From: an uncultured Bacteriovoracaceae bacterium
GTDB taxonomy: Bacteria > Desulfobacterota > Desulfomonilia > UBA1062
DNA length: 64,000 bases
Direction of reading: 5' to 3'
Assembly: GCA_964618975.1 (NCBI GenBank)
Contig: CAZUDI010000010.1
Coordinates: 4,378-68,377 of the forward strand
Shown: piece by piece, positions 8,483 through 17,900 of the stretch
Numbering within the stretch: the stretch's first letter is position 1
How the letters are laid out: every line of letters starts with the position of its first letter
The notes under the pieces: generated by a model
The model's database searches: none
What the model saw: only the letters and a program-made list of their open reading frames with translations
What the model was told of the DNA's origin: nothing
Program-made: the position numbers and the translations under genes

Positions 8483-9628
8483 TTATAGAGAATCACCCAG
8501 CAGTTCGAACAGATCAGCAATCTCCTGATCCGTGTGGGTGATCTCGACGGCCATGCCATCATCGTCACTCCTGAGCACCCGCCCCTCGACATTCATGAAC
8601 TGTCCGAAACGATCGCCGAAGAGGTTGGCGTTGACATACAACCCGGCCTCGAGGGGATGTCGCGTCCTGATGAACATCCCGTTCCGGCTGATGTTGGCCA
8701 GACGGGCCATCTCCTCGGAGACGCTCCCTTCGCGGCGATAAACCACCTGCGAATCGGCGTCGACGCGTCTCTCCCTGCGACGATCACTGGCGGCAAGGGC
8801 CTCTTCAGATGGTGCCAGCCCCCGCCCGGCAAGCCTTTCCTGGAGCCATTCGGTCAATCGGGGCGAGAGGCGGGAGAGGTAATAAATCGCCCGCCAGTTG
8901 TTCGTCAGGATGAGAAAGCGTCCTGTGAGCATACCACGCAGCAAGGCATCTGCCGCCTCATCGGGCGCAAGGGGTTTCATCCGCCGGGAGAGGGACCGCA
9001 ATCCCGGCCGCGGTGCAAGCTCGAGTTTTTCATGCAGAGGGGTCTTCGTGTTGTGAGGGCAGAATACCGACACCGAGATCCGGTGCGGTTTCATCTCCTG
9101 GCGCAGGGCCTGACTGAAACCGATAACGGCGGCCTTCGAGGCCCCGTAGGCGGCCAGGCTCCTGCCATTCATGATACCGGCACTGGCAGCCACGTTGACC
9201 ACATATCCACCATGTTCCTTCATCAGGGGAAGACAGGCCCGGCACATGTTCACTGTGCCGAAACAATTCACCCGCATCTGCCGCTCCATAATTTCCAGCG
9301 GCATGCCCTCGAAATAGGCCGCCCGGGCGATGCCGGCGCAGTTAAGGAGTATATCTACCGTCCTATTTTCCGTATGATAAACCTGAACCCACCGTGCCAC
9401 CTGTTCGTAATCCCCTACGTCAACGCTTGCCCACTGTATCTGCTGGGAGGGAAATCTTGTCCGGGACCTCACCTCCGCAGCCGCATCCCCCAAGGCATCC
9501 TCCCTTCTGGCCAGCAGGTACACATGCGCCCCCCCAGCGGCCAGCAGCCCGGCCGCCGCCTTGCCGATCCCGCTCGATCCCCCGGTGATAACGGCGTTCC
9601 TACCGCTGAATCTCTCGTAACCCTTCAT
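8483..9628 (-). CDS. SDR-family oxidoreductase fused to a C-terminal PilZ (c-di-GMP-binding) domain
   Basis: N-terminal TGGSSGIGKA Rossmann motif and a YxxxK-type SDR core. The C-terminus carries RRRERR (RxxxR) and NISRNGM (D/NxSxxG) PilZ signatures 22 residues apart. Confidence 0.85.
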   Translation of the reverse strand: MKGYERFSGRNAVITGGSSGIGKAAAGLLAAGGAHVYLLARREDALGDAAAEVRSRTRFPSQQIQWASVDVGDYEQVARWVQVYHTENRTVDILLNCAGIARAAYFEGMPLEIMERQMRVNCFGTVNMCRACLPLMKEHGGYVVNVAASAGIMNGRSLAAYGASKAAVIGFSQALRQEMKPHRISVSVFCPHNTKTPLHEKLELAPRPGLRSLSRRMKPLAPDEAADALLRGMLTGRFLILTNNWRAIYYLSRLSPRLTEWLQERLAGRGLAPSEEALAASDRRRERRVDADSQVVYRREGSVSEEMARLANISRNGMFIRTRHPLEAGLYVNANLFGDRFGQFMNVEGRVLRSDDDGMAVEITHTDQEIADLFELLGDSL

Positions 9629-9863
9629 AACGCCCCCCGTCTTTCGTCGCTTTGCCGGAACCCGTGTCTGACGAATAATTCAGAAGCACGAAGAGGAACA
9701 CGGAGTGGGCAAGACCGGGCTGCACACTCCGCACTATGTGAAATAATATGGGTAAGGTAACCTTCAGACCTGGAAAGTCAATATTGATGATTCGCGCGTG
9801 TAAGCGGCGCAGGTATTACCTCAATCGGTCGGATGATCGTCTGTCTTAACGTGATGCGGCGTA

Positions 9864-9905
9864 CCCTTCCCGGTGAATGCACTAAACATGCATTCACCGG
9901 GAAGG
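9864..9905. terminator. 18-bp perfect-stem hairpin, likely terminator of the DRTGG/nfn transcription unit
   Basis: cccttcccggtgaatgca-ctaaaca-tgcattcaccgggaaggg. Confidence 0.55.
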
Positions 9906-9942
9906 GGAAGACATCATAGTGTGCGTCCTTACAAGGTCTGCC

Positions 9943-10311
9943 TCATTCGCATTCATCCCCCACCTTGACGACAGAGCCCTGCATGCCGGCCTCGTACAGC
10001 CTGCCGCAAGCCTCGAACATGATGAAACGTGTGGCAAGCAGCGGGATCTGCTTCGTCTGCGCCAACTCGACAGCCTCGACCTGCGGACGTTTGCCGCGCA
10101 CGAAGATGATGGCACTCAGGTCCATGGTATCGGCGGTACGTACCACCAGGGGATTGGTCAAACCCGTGAGAAGCACCGAGCGTTCCTTGGAAAAAGAGAG
10201 CACGTCGCTCATCAGATCGGCGCCGAAGGCAATGCTCACATCCATTCCGAGCATCTCTTTGCCGACGATGACGTCCGCATCAAGGATCGCTCTGATCTCC
10301 TCAAGGGTCAT
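9943..10311 (-). CDS. DRTGG domain-containing protein
   Basis: 122 aa matching the DRTGG domain (SDVLSF....VLLTGLTNPLVVRTAD). Immediately downstream of nfnB. Confidence 0.75.
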   Translation of the reverse strand: MTLEEIRAILDADVIVGKEMLGMDVSIAFGADLMSDVLSFSKERSVLLTGLTNPLVVRTADTMDLSAIIFVRGKRPQVEAVELAQTKQIPLLATRFIMFEACGRLYEAGMQGSVVKVGDECE

Positions 10312-10324
10312 ATCCTTACTTCCC

Positions 10325-11731
10325 TTACTTCTTCGACATCACGTATTCGTGCATGGCCCGGGCGGCATTGCGGCCGGCCCCCATGGCCAGGATCACGGTG
10401 GCGGCGCCGGTAACGATGTCGCCGCCGGCATAAACACCCTCCCGGGAGGTCTCGCCGGTCTCTTCGTTGGCCACGATGTTGTTCCATCTGTTCACGTCGA
10501 GTCCCGGGGTGGTGCTCTGCACCAGCGGGTTGGCGCCGGAACCGATGGCCACCACGACCGTGTCTACATCCCAGAAAAATTCACTGCCCTCAATAGGCAC
10601 CGGCCTGCGCCGACCGGAATCGTCGGGCTCGCCGAGTTCCATACGCAGACATTCCATGGAGGTGACCCAGCCCTTGTCGTCGCCAATGTACCGGATGGGG
10701 GTGGTGAGCAGGTTCAGTTGCACGCCCTCTTCCTCGGCATGATGGACCTCTTCGATACGGGCGGGCATCTCATCACGTGAACGGCGGTAAACCAGGTAGA
10801 CGTTGTCGGCCCCGAGCCTCAGGGCGGTGCGCGCCGCGTCCATGGCCACATTGCCGCCGCCGATGACCGCCACGTTCTTGCCCTTGACTATGGGGGTGTC
10901 GTACTCTGGGAAACGGTAGGCCTTCATGAGATTGGAGCGGGTAAGATACTCATTGGCCGAGTAGACACCGTTGAGGTTCTCGCCCGGGATCTTCATGAAA
11001 CTCGGCGCACCGGCGCCTGTGCCCAGAAAGATGGCGTCGAATCCTTCGGCAAAGAGTTCGTCCACGGTGGCCACCTTGCCGATTACGTGCGAGGTCTCCA
11101 CCTTGACCCCCATGCCCTTGAGGAAGTCCACCTCGGCCTGTACGATGGCCTTGGGGAGCCGGAACTCGGGGATCCCGTACACGAGCACCCCGCCCGCCTT
11201 GTGCAGGGCCTCGAAGATGGTGACCTCATGTCCGAGCTTGATCAGATCGCCGGCCACGGTGAGCCCGGCGGGTCCGGATCCGACAATGGCGATGCGCTTG
11301 CCCGTAGGGGGGGCGATCGCGGGGATTTCCACCGCGCCCTGGGCGCGCTCGTAATCCGCCACGAAACGCTCGAGCCGTCCGATGGCCACGGGCTCGCCCT
11401 TCTTGCCGCGCACACAGAACTGTTCGCACTGGCTCTCCTGCGGGCACACCCGGCCGCAGACGGCCGGCAGGACGTTCGTTTCCTTGATCTTCTTGGCCGC
11501 CCCGATAAAATCACCCTCGGCTACCTTGGCAATGAAGGCGGGGATATCGATCTCCACCGGACACCCTTCCACACAGGGCTTGTTCTTGCACTGGATGCAC
11601 CTCAGGGCCTCTTCCTTGGCCATCTCCACCGTATATCCCAAAGGCACCTCGTCAAAATTCTTGGACCTGACCTTCGGTTCCTGTTCCGGCATGGGGTGAC
11701 GAAGGATCTTCATCCTTTCCTTCATATCCAT
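10325..11731 (-). CDS. nfnB: NADH-dependent reduced ferredoxin:NADP oxidoreductase large subunit (NfnB/GltD/SudA-like)
   Basis: Two 4Fe-4S Cys clusters (CKNKPCVEGCPV... CGRVCPQESQCEQFC) followed by FAD/NADPH GxGxxG motifs (IAIVGSGPAG, VAVIGGGNVAMD). 468 aa. Confidence 0.85.
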   Translation of the reverse strand: MDMKERMKILRHPMPEQEPKVRSKNFDEVPLGYTVEMAKEEALRCIQCKNKPCVEGCPVEIDIPAFIAKVAEGDFIGAAKKIKETNVLPAVCGRVCPQESQCEQFCVRGKKGEPVAIGRLERFVADYERAQGAVEIPAIAPPTGKRIAIVGSGPAGLTVAGDLIKLGHEVTIFEALHKAGGVLVYGIPEFRLPKAIVQAEVDFLKGMGVKVETSHVIGKVATVDELFAEGFDAIFLGTGAGAPSFMKIPGENLNGVYSANEYLTRSNLMKAYRFPEYDTPIVKGKNVAVIGGGNVAMDAARTALRLGADNVYLVYRRSRDEMPARIEEVHHAEEEGVQLNLLTTPIRYIGDDKGWVTSMECLRMELGEPDDSGRRRPVPIEGSEFFWDVDTVVVAIGSGANPLVQSTTPGLDVNRWNNIVANEETGETSREGVYAGGDIVTGAATVILAMGAGRNAARAMHEYVMSKK

Positions 11732-11732
11732 A

Positions 11733-12584
11733 TCAGTTCCCCCCCTTCTGTGCTGCGCAGGTGCAGTAATGATCCATACAGATCTTTTCCTCGCCCAGGT
11801 AGATGCACTGTCTGTTCACCAGTTCCTGGAAGTCCACCTCATGTCCGTCGAACTCGGGCCCGTCGACACATACGAACTTGGTCTTGCCGCCGACCGTCAC
11901 GCGGCAGGCCCCGCACATACCGGTCGCATCCACCATGATGGCGTTGAGCGAGACCAGGGTATGCACATCGTACTTCTTGGTTACCGAGCAGACCGCACGC
12001 ATCATCGGTACCGGACCAATGGCCACGACCAGGTCGATCTTGGTGCCCTTCTTGAGGTAGAGTTCCTCAAGGGCCTGGGACACGAACCCGTGAAACCCGT
12101 ATGAACCGTCGTCGGTGGTCACGACGATCTCGTCGCTGACGGCCTTCATCTCCTCCTCAAGAATGAGCAGACCCTTGTCCCGTGAACCGATGATCGAGAT
12201 CACATGGTTGCCGGCCTGTTTCATGCCCTGTGTGATGGGGTAGACCGGTGCCACGCCCACGCCTCCGCCGATGCACACCACGGTCCCGATCTTCTCGATA
12301 TGGGTGGGCGTGCCCAGGGGTCCAACCAGATCCAGGACCTCATCACCCACCTCGAGCCGGGAGAGGTGCTTGGTGGACTTTCCGACCGTCTGGAAGATCA
12401 GGGTCAGGGTTCCCTTCTTAGCATCCGCATCCGCTATCGTAAGGGGCACACGCTCTCCCTCTTCATGGATTCTCAGAACAATGAACTGCCCCGGTTTACG
12501 TTTGGCCGCGATCCTCGGGGCATCAAAGACCATCTTAAAAAGATTATCTGCCAGTTTTTCCTTTTCCAATACCTTCGCTGCCAT
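11733..12584 (-). CDS. nfnA: ferredoxin-NADP reductase-like small subunit (NfnA/SudB, PyrK-like)
   Basis: FNR-like FAD/NAD domains plus a C-terminal 2Fe-2S Cys cluster (CGACRV...C..C). Sits directly upstream of nfnB. Confidence 0.85.
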   Translation of the reverse strand: MAAKVLEKEKLADNLFKMVFDAPRIAAKRKPGQFIVLRIHEEGERVPLTIADADAKKGTLTLIFQTVGKSTKHLSRLEVGDEVLDLVGPLGTPTHIEKIGTVVCIGGGVGVAPVYPITQGMKQAGNHVISIIGSRDKGLLILEEEMKAVSDEIVVTTDDGSYGFHGFVSQALEELYLKKGTKIDLVVAIGPVPMMRAVCSVTKKYDVHTLVSLNAIMVDATGMCGACRVTVGGKTKFVCVDGPEFDGHEVDFQELVNRQCIYLGEEKICMDHYCTCAAQKGGN

Positions 12585-12602
12585 AAAGCCCTCCCTCTTT
12601 CC

Positions 12603-13190
12603 CTATCGTTTTTCCAAAGCTGCAAACAGACCGGTGAGAAGCCCCAGCGTCAGGAATGCACCGGGGGGCAGAATCATGACCAGTACCGGCTGAAAGGAGC
12701 TCCCGAAGATAGCCATATCGAAGATGGTACCGTTGCCGAACAGCTCGCGTATACTGCCCAGGATAACCAGGGCCAGGGTGAAACCCATGCCCATGCCGAT
12801 CCCGTCCGCAATCGAGGGCAGCAGGGAATTTTTCGAGGCAAAGGCCTCGGCCCGCCCCAGGATGATGCAATTCACCACGATAAGGGGGATGAACAGCCCC
12901 AGAGAGTGGTGCAGGCTTCGGAAATAGCCGCTCATCACCAGATCCACCACCGTCACGAAGGACGCGATGATCACGATGAAGACCGGAATACGCACCTTAT
13001 CCGGTACGAGGGGCCGTACGAGAGAGACCACCCCGTTAGAACATACCAGCACGAAGGTAGCCGCCAGTCCCATGCCCACTCCGTTGATCGCATTCGTGGT
13101 GACAGCGAGCACCGGACACATGCCGAGCACCAGCACAAACACCGGGTTTTCTTTCCATATTCCCTTGGTGAGTTCCTTACTGAACGACAT
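12603..13190 (-). CDS. rnfE: Rnf electron transport complex subunit E
   Basis: Start placed at the ATG preceded by GGAGG (MSFSKELTKGIWKENP...). RnfE/RnfA-family polytopic protein. Confidence 0.9.
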   Translation of the reverse strand: MSFSKELTKGIWKENPVFVLVLGMCPVLAVTTNAINGVGMGLAATFVLVCSNGVVSLVRPLVPDKVRIPVFIVIIASFVTVVDLVMSGYFRSLHHSLGLFIPLIVVNCIILGRAEAFASKNSLLPSIADGIGMGMGFTLALVILGSIRELFGNGTIFDMAIFGSSFQPVLVMILPPGAFLTLGLLTGLFAALEKR

Positions 13191-13752
13191 GTGCGCCTCC
13201 GAGAATCTGTGCCTTGGTCTCGGCATACCGATCAAGACCCTCTTTGACCGCCGCGGTTACCGCCCGCGGAGAGATGGTCGCGCCGGAGATCTGCTCGAAA
13301 TCGCCGCCATCCTTTTTCACGGCCCAGTTGACGTTGTCCAGGGTCTTGCCCTTGTACTGACCCTTGAACCTGTCTTCGGCGATCTTTGATCCCAGCCCCG
13401 GGGTCTCCTTCTGTTCCAGAATGCCGATCCCGATAATATTTCCTTCGGGCTGTACCCCTACCAGAACCCTGATCAATCCGCTGTAGCCCTTCTCCGTGGA
13501 GGTTTCGAAGGCCACCCCGTTGATGTCCGCTCCTGATCGGGAAAGATAGTATACCCTGTCCCCGACGGTAACCGTATCATTGTCGGGCTCGTTGTCATGC
13601 TCAGGCAACACCAGGTTCAGGGCCCGGAGTTTTTCCAGTTTGTCCTGATAGGCCCGCGCTCCGCGGGTGGCATCGTTCACGAATGACAGGCAAAGGCCGG
13701 ATATCATGCATACCACCGTCAAAACCGTTATGAGTTTCACCACTTCCTTCAT
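13177..13752 (-). CDS. rnfG: Rnf complex subunit G (FMN-binding)
   Basis: N-terminal transmembrane segment and an FMN-binding domain with the conserved SGATISPRAV motif. Confidence 0.9.
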   Translation of the reverse strand: MKEVVKLITVLTVVCMISGLCLSFVNDATRGARAYQDKLEKLRALNLVLPEHDNEPDNDTVTVGDRVYYLSRSGADINGVAFETSTEKGYSGLIRVLVGVQPEGNIIGIGILEQKETPGLGSKIAEDRFKGQYKGKTLDNVNWAVKKDGGDFEQISGATISPRAVTAAVKEGLDRYAETKAQILGGAHVVQ

Positions 13753-13755
13753 CGC

Positions 13756-14733
13756 TTACGCTCCAAACTTCCCTGGCCTGGTCGCCTTGTTGATCAGCGG
13801 CACAAAGGCGTTCATGATGAGGATGGCGAAGGAAACCCCTTCGGGGTAGCCTCCCCAAAGCCTGATGACCACGGTAATCAGGCCGCAGCCGACGGCAAAG
13901 ATGATCTTGCCGGAATTCGTGATCGGCGAGGTGACCATGTCCGTAGCCATGAAAAACGCGCCGATCATCAGTCCGCCGGAGATCATGTGAAAGGCCGGAT
14001 TTGCATAGAGAGTGGGGTCGATGAGCCAGAAGATGCCCGTAAAAAGCGCCACACTGCCGATGAAGCACACCGGGATATGCCAGGTTATGATGCGCCGCGC
14101 AATCAGGTAGATGCCGCCTATGATGAGTGCCAGGGCCGATATCTCACCCAGGGAACCCCCCACGTTCCCCAGGAAGGGATCCATGAGGCTGATCCCGGGG
14201 GCGGACTCAAGGCTTCCGTGCTCGAAAACGGCGTTCTTGAGCGCCCCCAGTGGGGTGGCGCTGCTCACCGCGTCGGTGCCCTGCTGGAAGAAGAAGGCCC
14301 GCGGGGCTGCCCAGGTGGTCATCTGCACCGGGAAGGAGATCAGCAGGAAGACCCGCGCCACCAGCGCCGGATTGAAGGGATTGTTGCCGAGTCCGCCATA
14401 GACGTGTTTGCCGAGACCCATGGCGATCACCGACCCGAGCACCACCAGCCACCATGGCGCCCCCGACGGCAGGTTCATCGCCAGCAGCAGACCGGTCAGA
14501 GCCGCGGAACCATCCGAGATGGTGATCGTCTTGCCGATGAGCTTCTGAATCAGGGCCTCTGAGGCTACACAGGTGACCACACAGAGGACGATGACCATCA
14601 GGGCCGGCAGGCCGAAAAAGTACAGGCCCACCAAGGCGCCGGGGATCAAGGCGTAGATCACTTGGCGCATGATCCACGGTATATCCTCAGGGGAATGTAC
14701 ATGTGGCGAACTGGAAATGTATAACTCTTTCAT
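13756..14733 (-). CDS. rnfD: Rnf complex subunit D
   Basis: NqrB/RnfD-family membrane protein, 325 aa. Confidence 0.9.
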   Translation of the reverse strand: MKELYISSSPHVHSPEDIPWIMRQVIYALIPGALVGLYFFGLPALMVIVLCVVTCVASEALIQKLIGKTITISDGSAALTGLLLAMNLPSGAPWWLVVLGSVIAMGLGKHVYGGLGNNPFNPALVARVFLLISFPVQMTTWAAPRAFFFQQGTDAVSSATPLGALKNAVFEHGSLESAPGISLMDPFLGNVGGSLGEISALALIIGGIYLIARRIITWHIPVCFIGSVALFTGIFWLIDPTLYANPAFHMISGGLMIGAFFMATDMVTSPITNSGKIIFAVGCGLITVVIRLWGGYPEGVSFAILIMNAFVPLINKATRPGKFGA

Positions 14734-14734
14734 C

Positions 14735-16054
14735 TCATGCCCCTTTTTTCTTGGCCGCCGCGGCCCTCTGCAGCGCCTTCAGATGCTTTACGAAATGGAC
14801 GATCGGACGGTGGGCAGGACAGACGTAGGTGCAACTGCCGCATTCCACACAATCGAGGAGATCGTAGGCCAGGGCATCTTCAAACCGTCCCTTCTCGCCG
14901 CATTTGCTCAGGGTAGAGGGGATCAGGCGCATGGGACAGGCCTCGACACAGCGGCCACAGGCGATGCATGAGGCAAAGTAACTCAGGTCGGTCTCTTCAG
15001 CGGTGAGGACCAGCACCCCCGAGGTCCCCTTCATGACGGGAATGTCCGTAGTGTACTGGGCAATGCCCATCATGGGACCGCCATAGATGATCTTGGCCGC
15101 CTCTTTAAGACCGCCACAAAATTCCAGGATCTCGCTTAGGGGCGTACCCACTCGCACCCGCAGGTTGCGAGGCTCGGCGATCCCCCGCCCGGTCACCGAG
15201 GTGATACGCTCAATCAGGGGCAGGCCTTTAGCGCAGGCGTCCCAGACCGCGGCCACGGTCCCGGTGTTCTGGACCAGGGCCCCCACGTCCATGGGGAGCC
15301 CCCCCGAGGGGACCTCCCTGCCCGTGATGGCGTTGATGAGCTGTTTTTCCGCCCCCTGCGGATATTTCACCTTCAGGGCCTCGACCCTGATCCCGGAGGG
15401 GACCTTCTCCCGCATGACCTTGATCGCTTCGGGCTTGTTGGCCTCGATCCCGATGACGGCGCTTCCAAGGCCCAGAATTCTCATCACCACCTGGATGCCG
15501 GCAATGACACGGTCCGGTTCTTCAAGCATGAGCCTGTAGTCCGCCGCCAGGTAGGGCTCGCACTCGGCCCCGTTGATGATGAAGGTATCGATGGGCTTGT
15601 CCTTGGGGGGAGAGAGCTTCACGTGGGTGGGAAAGGTGGCCCCCCCCATTCCCACCAGCCCTGCGGACTGTATGATCTTCAGGAGTTCCTCGCTGCTGAG
15701 CGCCAGGGGGTCCCGACTCAAGGGCAGGCCGTCCGCCCACTGATCATGACCGTCAGCCTCGAGAACGACGCAGGGGGCGAGCATCCCGGTCACGGGATGG
15801 ACGCAGCGGGCGATCTCCCTGATGGTCCCCGAGGTGGGGGCATGGACCGGGGCCGAAACAAACCCCAGGGGTTCGGACAAGACCTGCCCCTTCTTAACCG
15901 TGTCGCCCTTATGGACCACGGGCTTGGAAGGCGCACCAATGTGCTGTTGCAGGAGTATCCGATATTCCGCAGACAGCGGCATATTGACGAGCTCACACCC
16001 TTTTACGAGGTCCTTGTTTCCGGGTGGATGGACCCCTCCCTTGAATGTCTTCAT
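14735..16054 (-). CDS. rnfC: Rnf complex subunit C
   Basis: NADH-binding region and two 4Fe-4S motifs (CIACGRCVEACP, CVECGSCTYVCP). Confidence 0.9.
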   Translation of the reverse strand: MKTFKGGVHPPGNKDLVKGCELVNMPLSAEYRILLQQHIGAPSKPVVHKGDTVKKGQVLSEPLGFVSAPVHAPTSGTIREIARCVHPVTGMLAPCVVLEADGHDQWADGLPLSRDPLALSSEELLKIIQSAGLVGMGGATFPTHVKLSPPKDKPIDTFIINGAECEPYLAADYRLMLEEPDRVIAGIQVVMRILGLGSAVIGIEANKPEAIKVMREKVPSGIRVEALKVKYPQGAEKQLINAITGREVPSGGLPMDVGALVQNTGTVAAVWDACAKGLPLIERITSVTGRGIAEPRNLRVRVGTPLSEILEFCGGLKEAAKIIYGGPMMGIAQYTTDIPVMKGTSGVLVLTAEETDLSYFASCIACGRCVEACPMRLIPSTLSKCGEKGRFEDALAYDLLDCVECGSCTYVCPAHRPIVHFVKHLKALQRAAAAKKKGA

Positions 16055-17022
16055 GTATCAAGCCTCTCTATGGCGTCAGATGGGCACTTCGCCATGCAGA
16101 TCCCACAGCCGATGCACCGGCCGGTATCTACAGTGTAGGCCGCCTTGGGTCTTCCGGAGATGGCGTCCACAGGGCATACCTGCGCACAGATGCTGCATCC
16201 CTTGCATTTCTCTTCAATCACCCGCACCCTTGCTGGCGACACCGTGAGCTTGATCACACCCGTAGGACAGACACCGATACACAGTCCGCATCTGCGGCAC
16301 CGTTCCTGATCGATGAAGGCCGCGGCCGTCTTCGAGACCGTGATGGCATCATAGGGGCAAATCTGCTCGCAGAAACCGCATTTGATGCATCCCACCGCAC
16401 ACAAGGTCTTCATCTCCTTGGCGGGATCCTGGGAAATACACGCGACACACGCCACCGACCCGGCCGGAACGAGTTGGATGATGTGTCGCGGACAGGCATC
16501 AAGGCACTTGCCGCAGCCCACACAGACCTCTTTGTCCACATGCGGCAGGCCGTCCTCGCCCATGTGGATGGCCGCAAACGGGCAGGCCTCCACGCAACTT
16601 CCCAACCCGAGGCAGCCGAAGGCACACGCCTTTGATCCGCCGGCAATGAGCTGGGCCGCCTGGCAGTCCCGGGGGCCAACGTACTGATAGCGGTTTGCGG
16701 CCTGCTCCGGCGTGCCCGTACATCGTACGGCCGCCACCAGTGCCCCGCCCCCCCCGAGCTCCCGCTCGAGTATCTCCGAAAGCACCTTGATGGCCGCCTC
16801 GTTGACCGCCGGACAGGCCATTTCGGTCGCAGGATTGACGGTCAATTCGTGGGCAAAGGCCGCACAACCGGCATATCCGCAGGCTCCGCAGTTTGCCCCG
16901 GGGAGCTGATCGAGAACCGCCTTTTCTCGGGGATCCATCTTTACGGCAAAGGTTACCGCCGAGATCCCCAGGATCAGGGCGGCAATGAAGCCGATTCCAC
17001 CTACCATCACGACAGCTGTCAT
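16051..17022 (-). CDS. rnfB: Rnf complex subunit B (polyferredoxin)
   Basis: N-terminal transmembrane segment plus multiple CxxCxxCxxxCP ferredoxin motifs. ATGA overlap with rnfC. Confidence 0.9.
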   Translation of the reverse strand: MTAVVMVGGIGFIAALILGISAVTFAVKMDPREKAVLDQLPGANCGACGYAGCAAFAHELTVNPATEMACPAVNEAAIKVLSEILERELGGGGALVAAVRCTGTPEQAANRYQYVGPRDCQAAQLIAGGSKACAFGCLGLGSCVEACPFAAIHMGEDGLPHVDKEVCVGCGKCLDACPRHIIQLVPAGSVACVACISQDPAKEMKTLCAVGCIKCGFCEQICPYDAITVSKTAAAFIDQERCRRCGLCIGVCPTGVIKLTVSPARVRVIEEKCKGCSICAQVCPVDAISGRPKAAYTVDTGRCIGCGICMAKCPSDAIERLDT

Positions 17023-17023
17023 C

Positions 17024-17599
17024 TTATTTCACCAGTCCCGAAAATCCCATGAAGGCCAGGGAAAGGATCCCTGCGGTAATGAGAGCGATGGGCGTTCCCT
17101 TAAAGGCCTTGGGTATGTTGTTGTATTCAAACTCCTCACGCATTCCGGCAAACACGACCAGGGCGATCCCGAAGCCCAGCGAGGCCCCGATGGCGAAGAT
17201 ACACGCATCCAGGAGGGAGTACTTGAGCTGAATGTTCAGGATGGCGGCGCCGAGCACCGCACAGTTGGTCGTGATCAGCGGCAGGAAGATGCCCAGGGCC
17301 TGATAGAGCGGAGGGCTAACGCGCTGAATGATCATCTCCACGAGCTGAACCAGCGAGGCAATCACCAGGATGAAGGCGATGGTCTGAAGATACTGCAGAT
17401 CGAATCGGATGAGCAGGTAATAGTTGATCAGCCAGGTGACGAAACACGCCAGCGTCAGCACGAAGATCACGGCCATGCTCATCCCCACGGCGGTATCGAT
17501 CCGTTTGGAAACCCCCATAAACGGACAGATACCGAGGAAGCGCGAGAGCACGAAGTTGTTCACCAATGCAGCGCCAACGATCAGCAAGACATAATACAT
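17024..17599 (-). CDS. rnfA: Rnf complex subunit A
   Basis: RnfA/NqrE-family membrane protein, 191 aa. First gene of the rnfABCDGE operon. Confidence 0.9.
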   Translation of the reverse strand: MYYVLLIVGAALVNNFVLSRFLGICPFMGVSKRIDTAVGMSMAVIFVLTLACFVTWLINYYLLIRFDLQYLQTIAFILVIASLVQLVEMIIQRVSPPLYQALGIFLPLITTNCAVLGAAILNIQLKYSLLDACIFAIGASLGFGIALVVFAGMREEFEYNNIPKAFKGTPIALITAGILSLAFMGFSGLVK

Positions 17600-17632
17600 A
17601 AGTCTCTACCCCCCAGTTTTCAGGCCCTTCTG

Positions 17633-17660
17633 ATTATTCTAAAGATTCCTTTCCTGTCAA
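17633..17660 (-). promoter_or_regulatory. sigma70-like promoter of the rnf operon
   Basis: Minus-strand TTGACA (revcomp of 17655-17660), a 16-nt spacer, then AATAAT (revcomp of 17633-17638). It lies about 35 nt upstream of the rnfA ATG in an AT-rich island. Confidence 0.5.
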
Positions 17661-17679
17661 GATTTCTTTATAATTACTT

Positions 17680-17703
17680 GTTTAAAGATGACAAAATACT
17701 TCC
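17680..17703 (-). promoter_or_regulatory. GTTTAAAG-N8-ATACTTCC motif copy upstream of the rnf promoter
   Basis: gtttaaag-atgacaaa-atacttcc, 19 bp upstream of the -35. Same motif and orientation as 27225, 27293 and 29603. Confidence 0.5.
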
Positions 17704-17900
17704 AGCTAATGAATGGCTATTCAATTCAAGTATCTTCCTGCAGTGTTCCTCCCTCGTGCAACTCATACTTCAGGAAAATGGATCGGGGTTACTTCAGCTG
17801 CGCATGAAGGCATACGCAGGAGGTAGTGTGCCGGGGGGGTGTCCAGACAAAGACACAGGATCACCCCCCGGCCGAGATTCATGCCATCTAGACGGAAACT

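Noticed and set aside
12204-13247. 347-aa plus-strand ORF spanning nfnA and rnfE antisense
   Set aside because: It crosses two well-supported minus-strand genes and has a His/Arg/Asp-rich, non-protein-like product.
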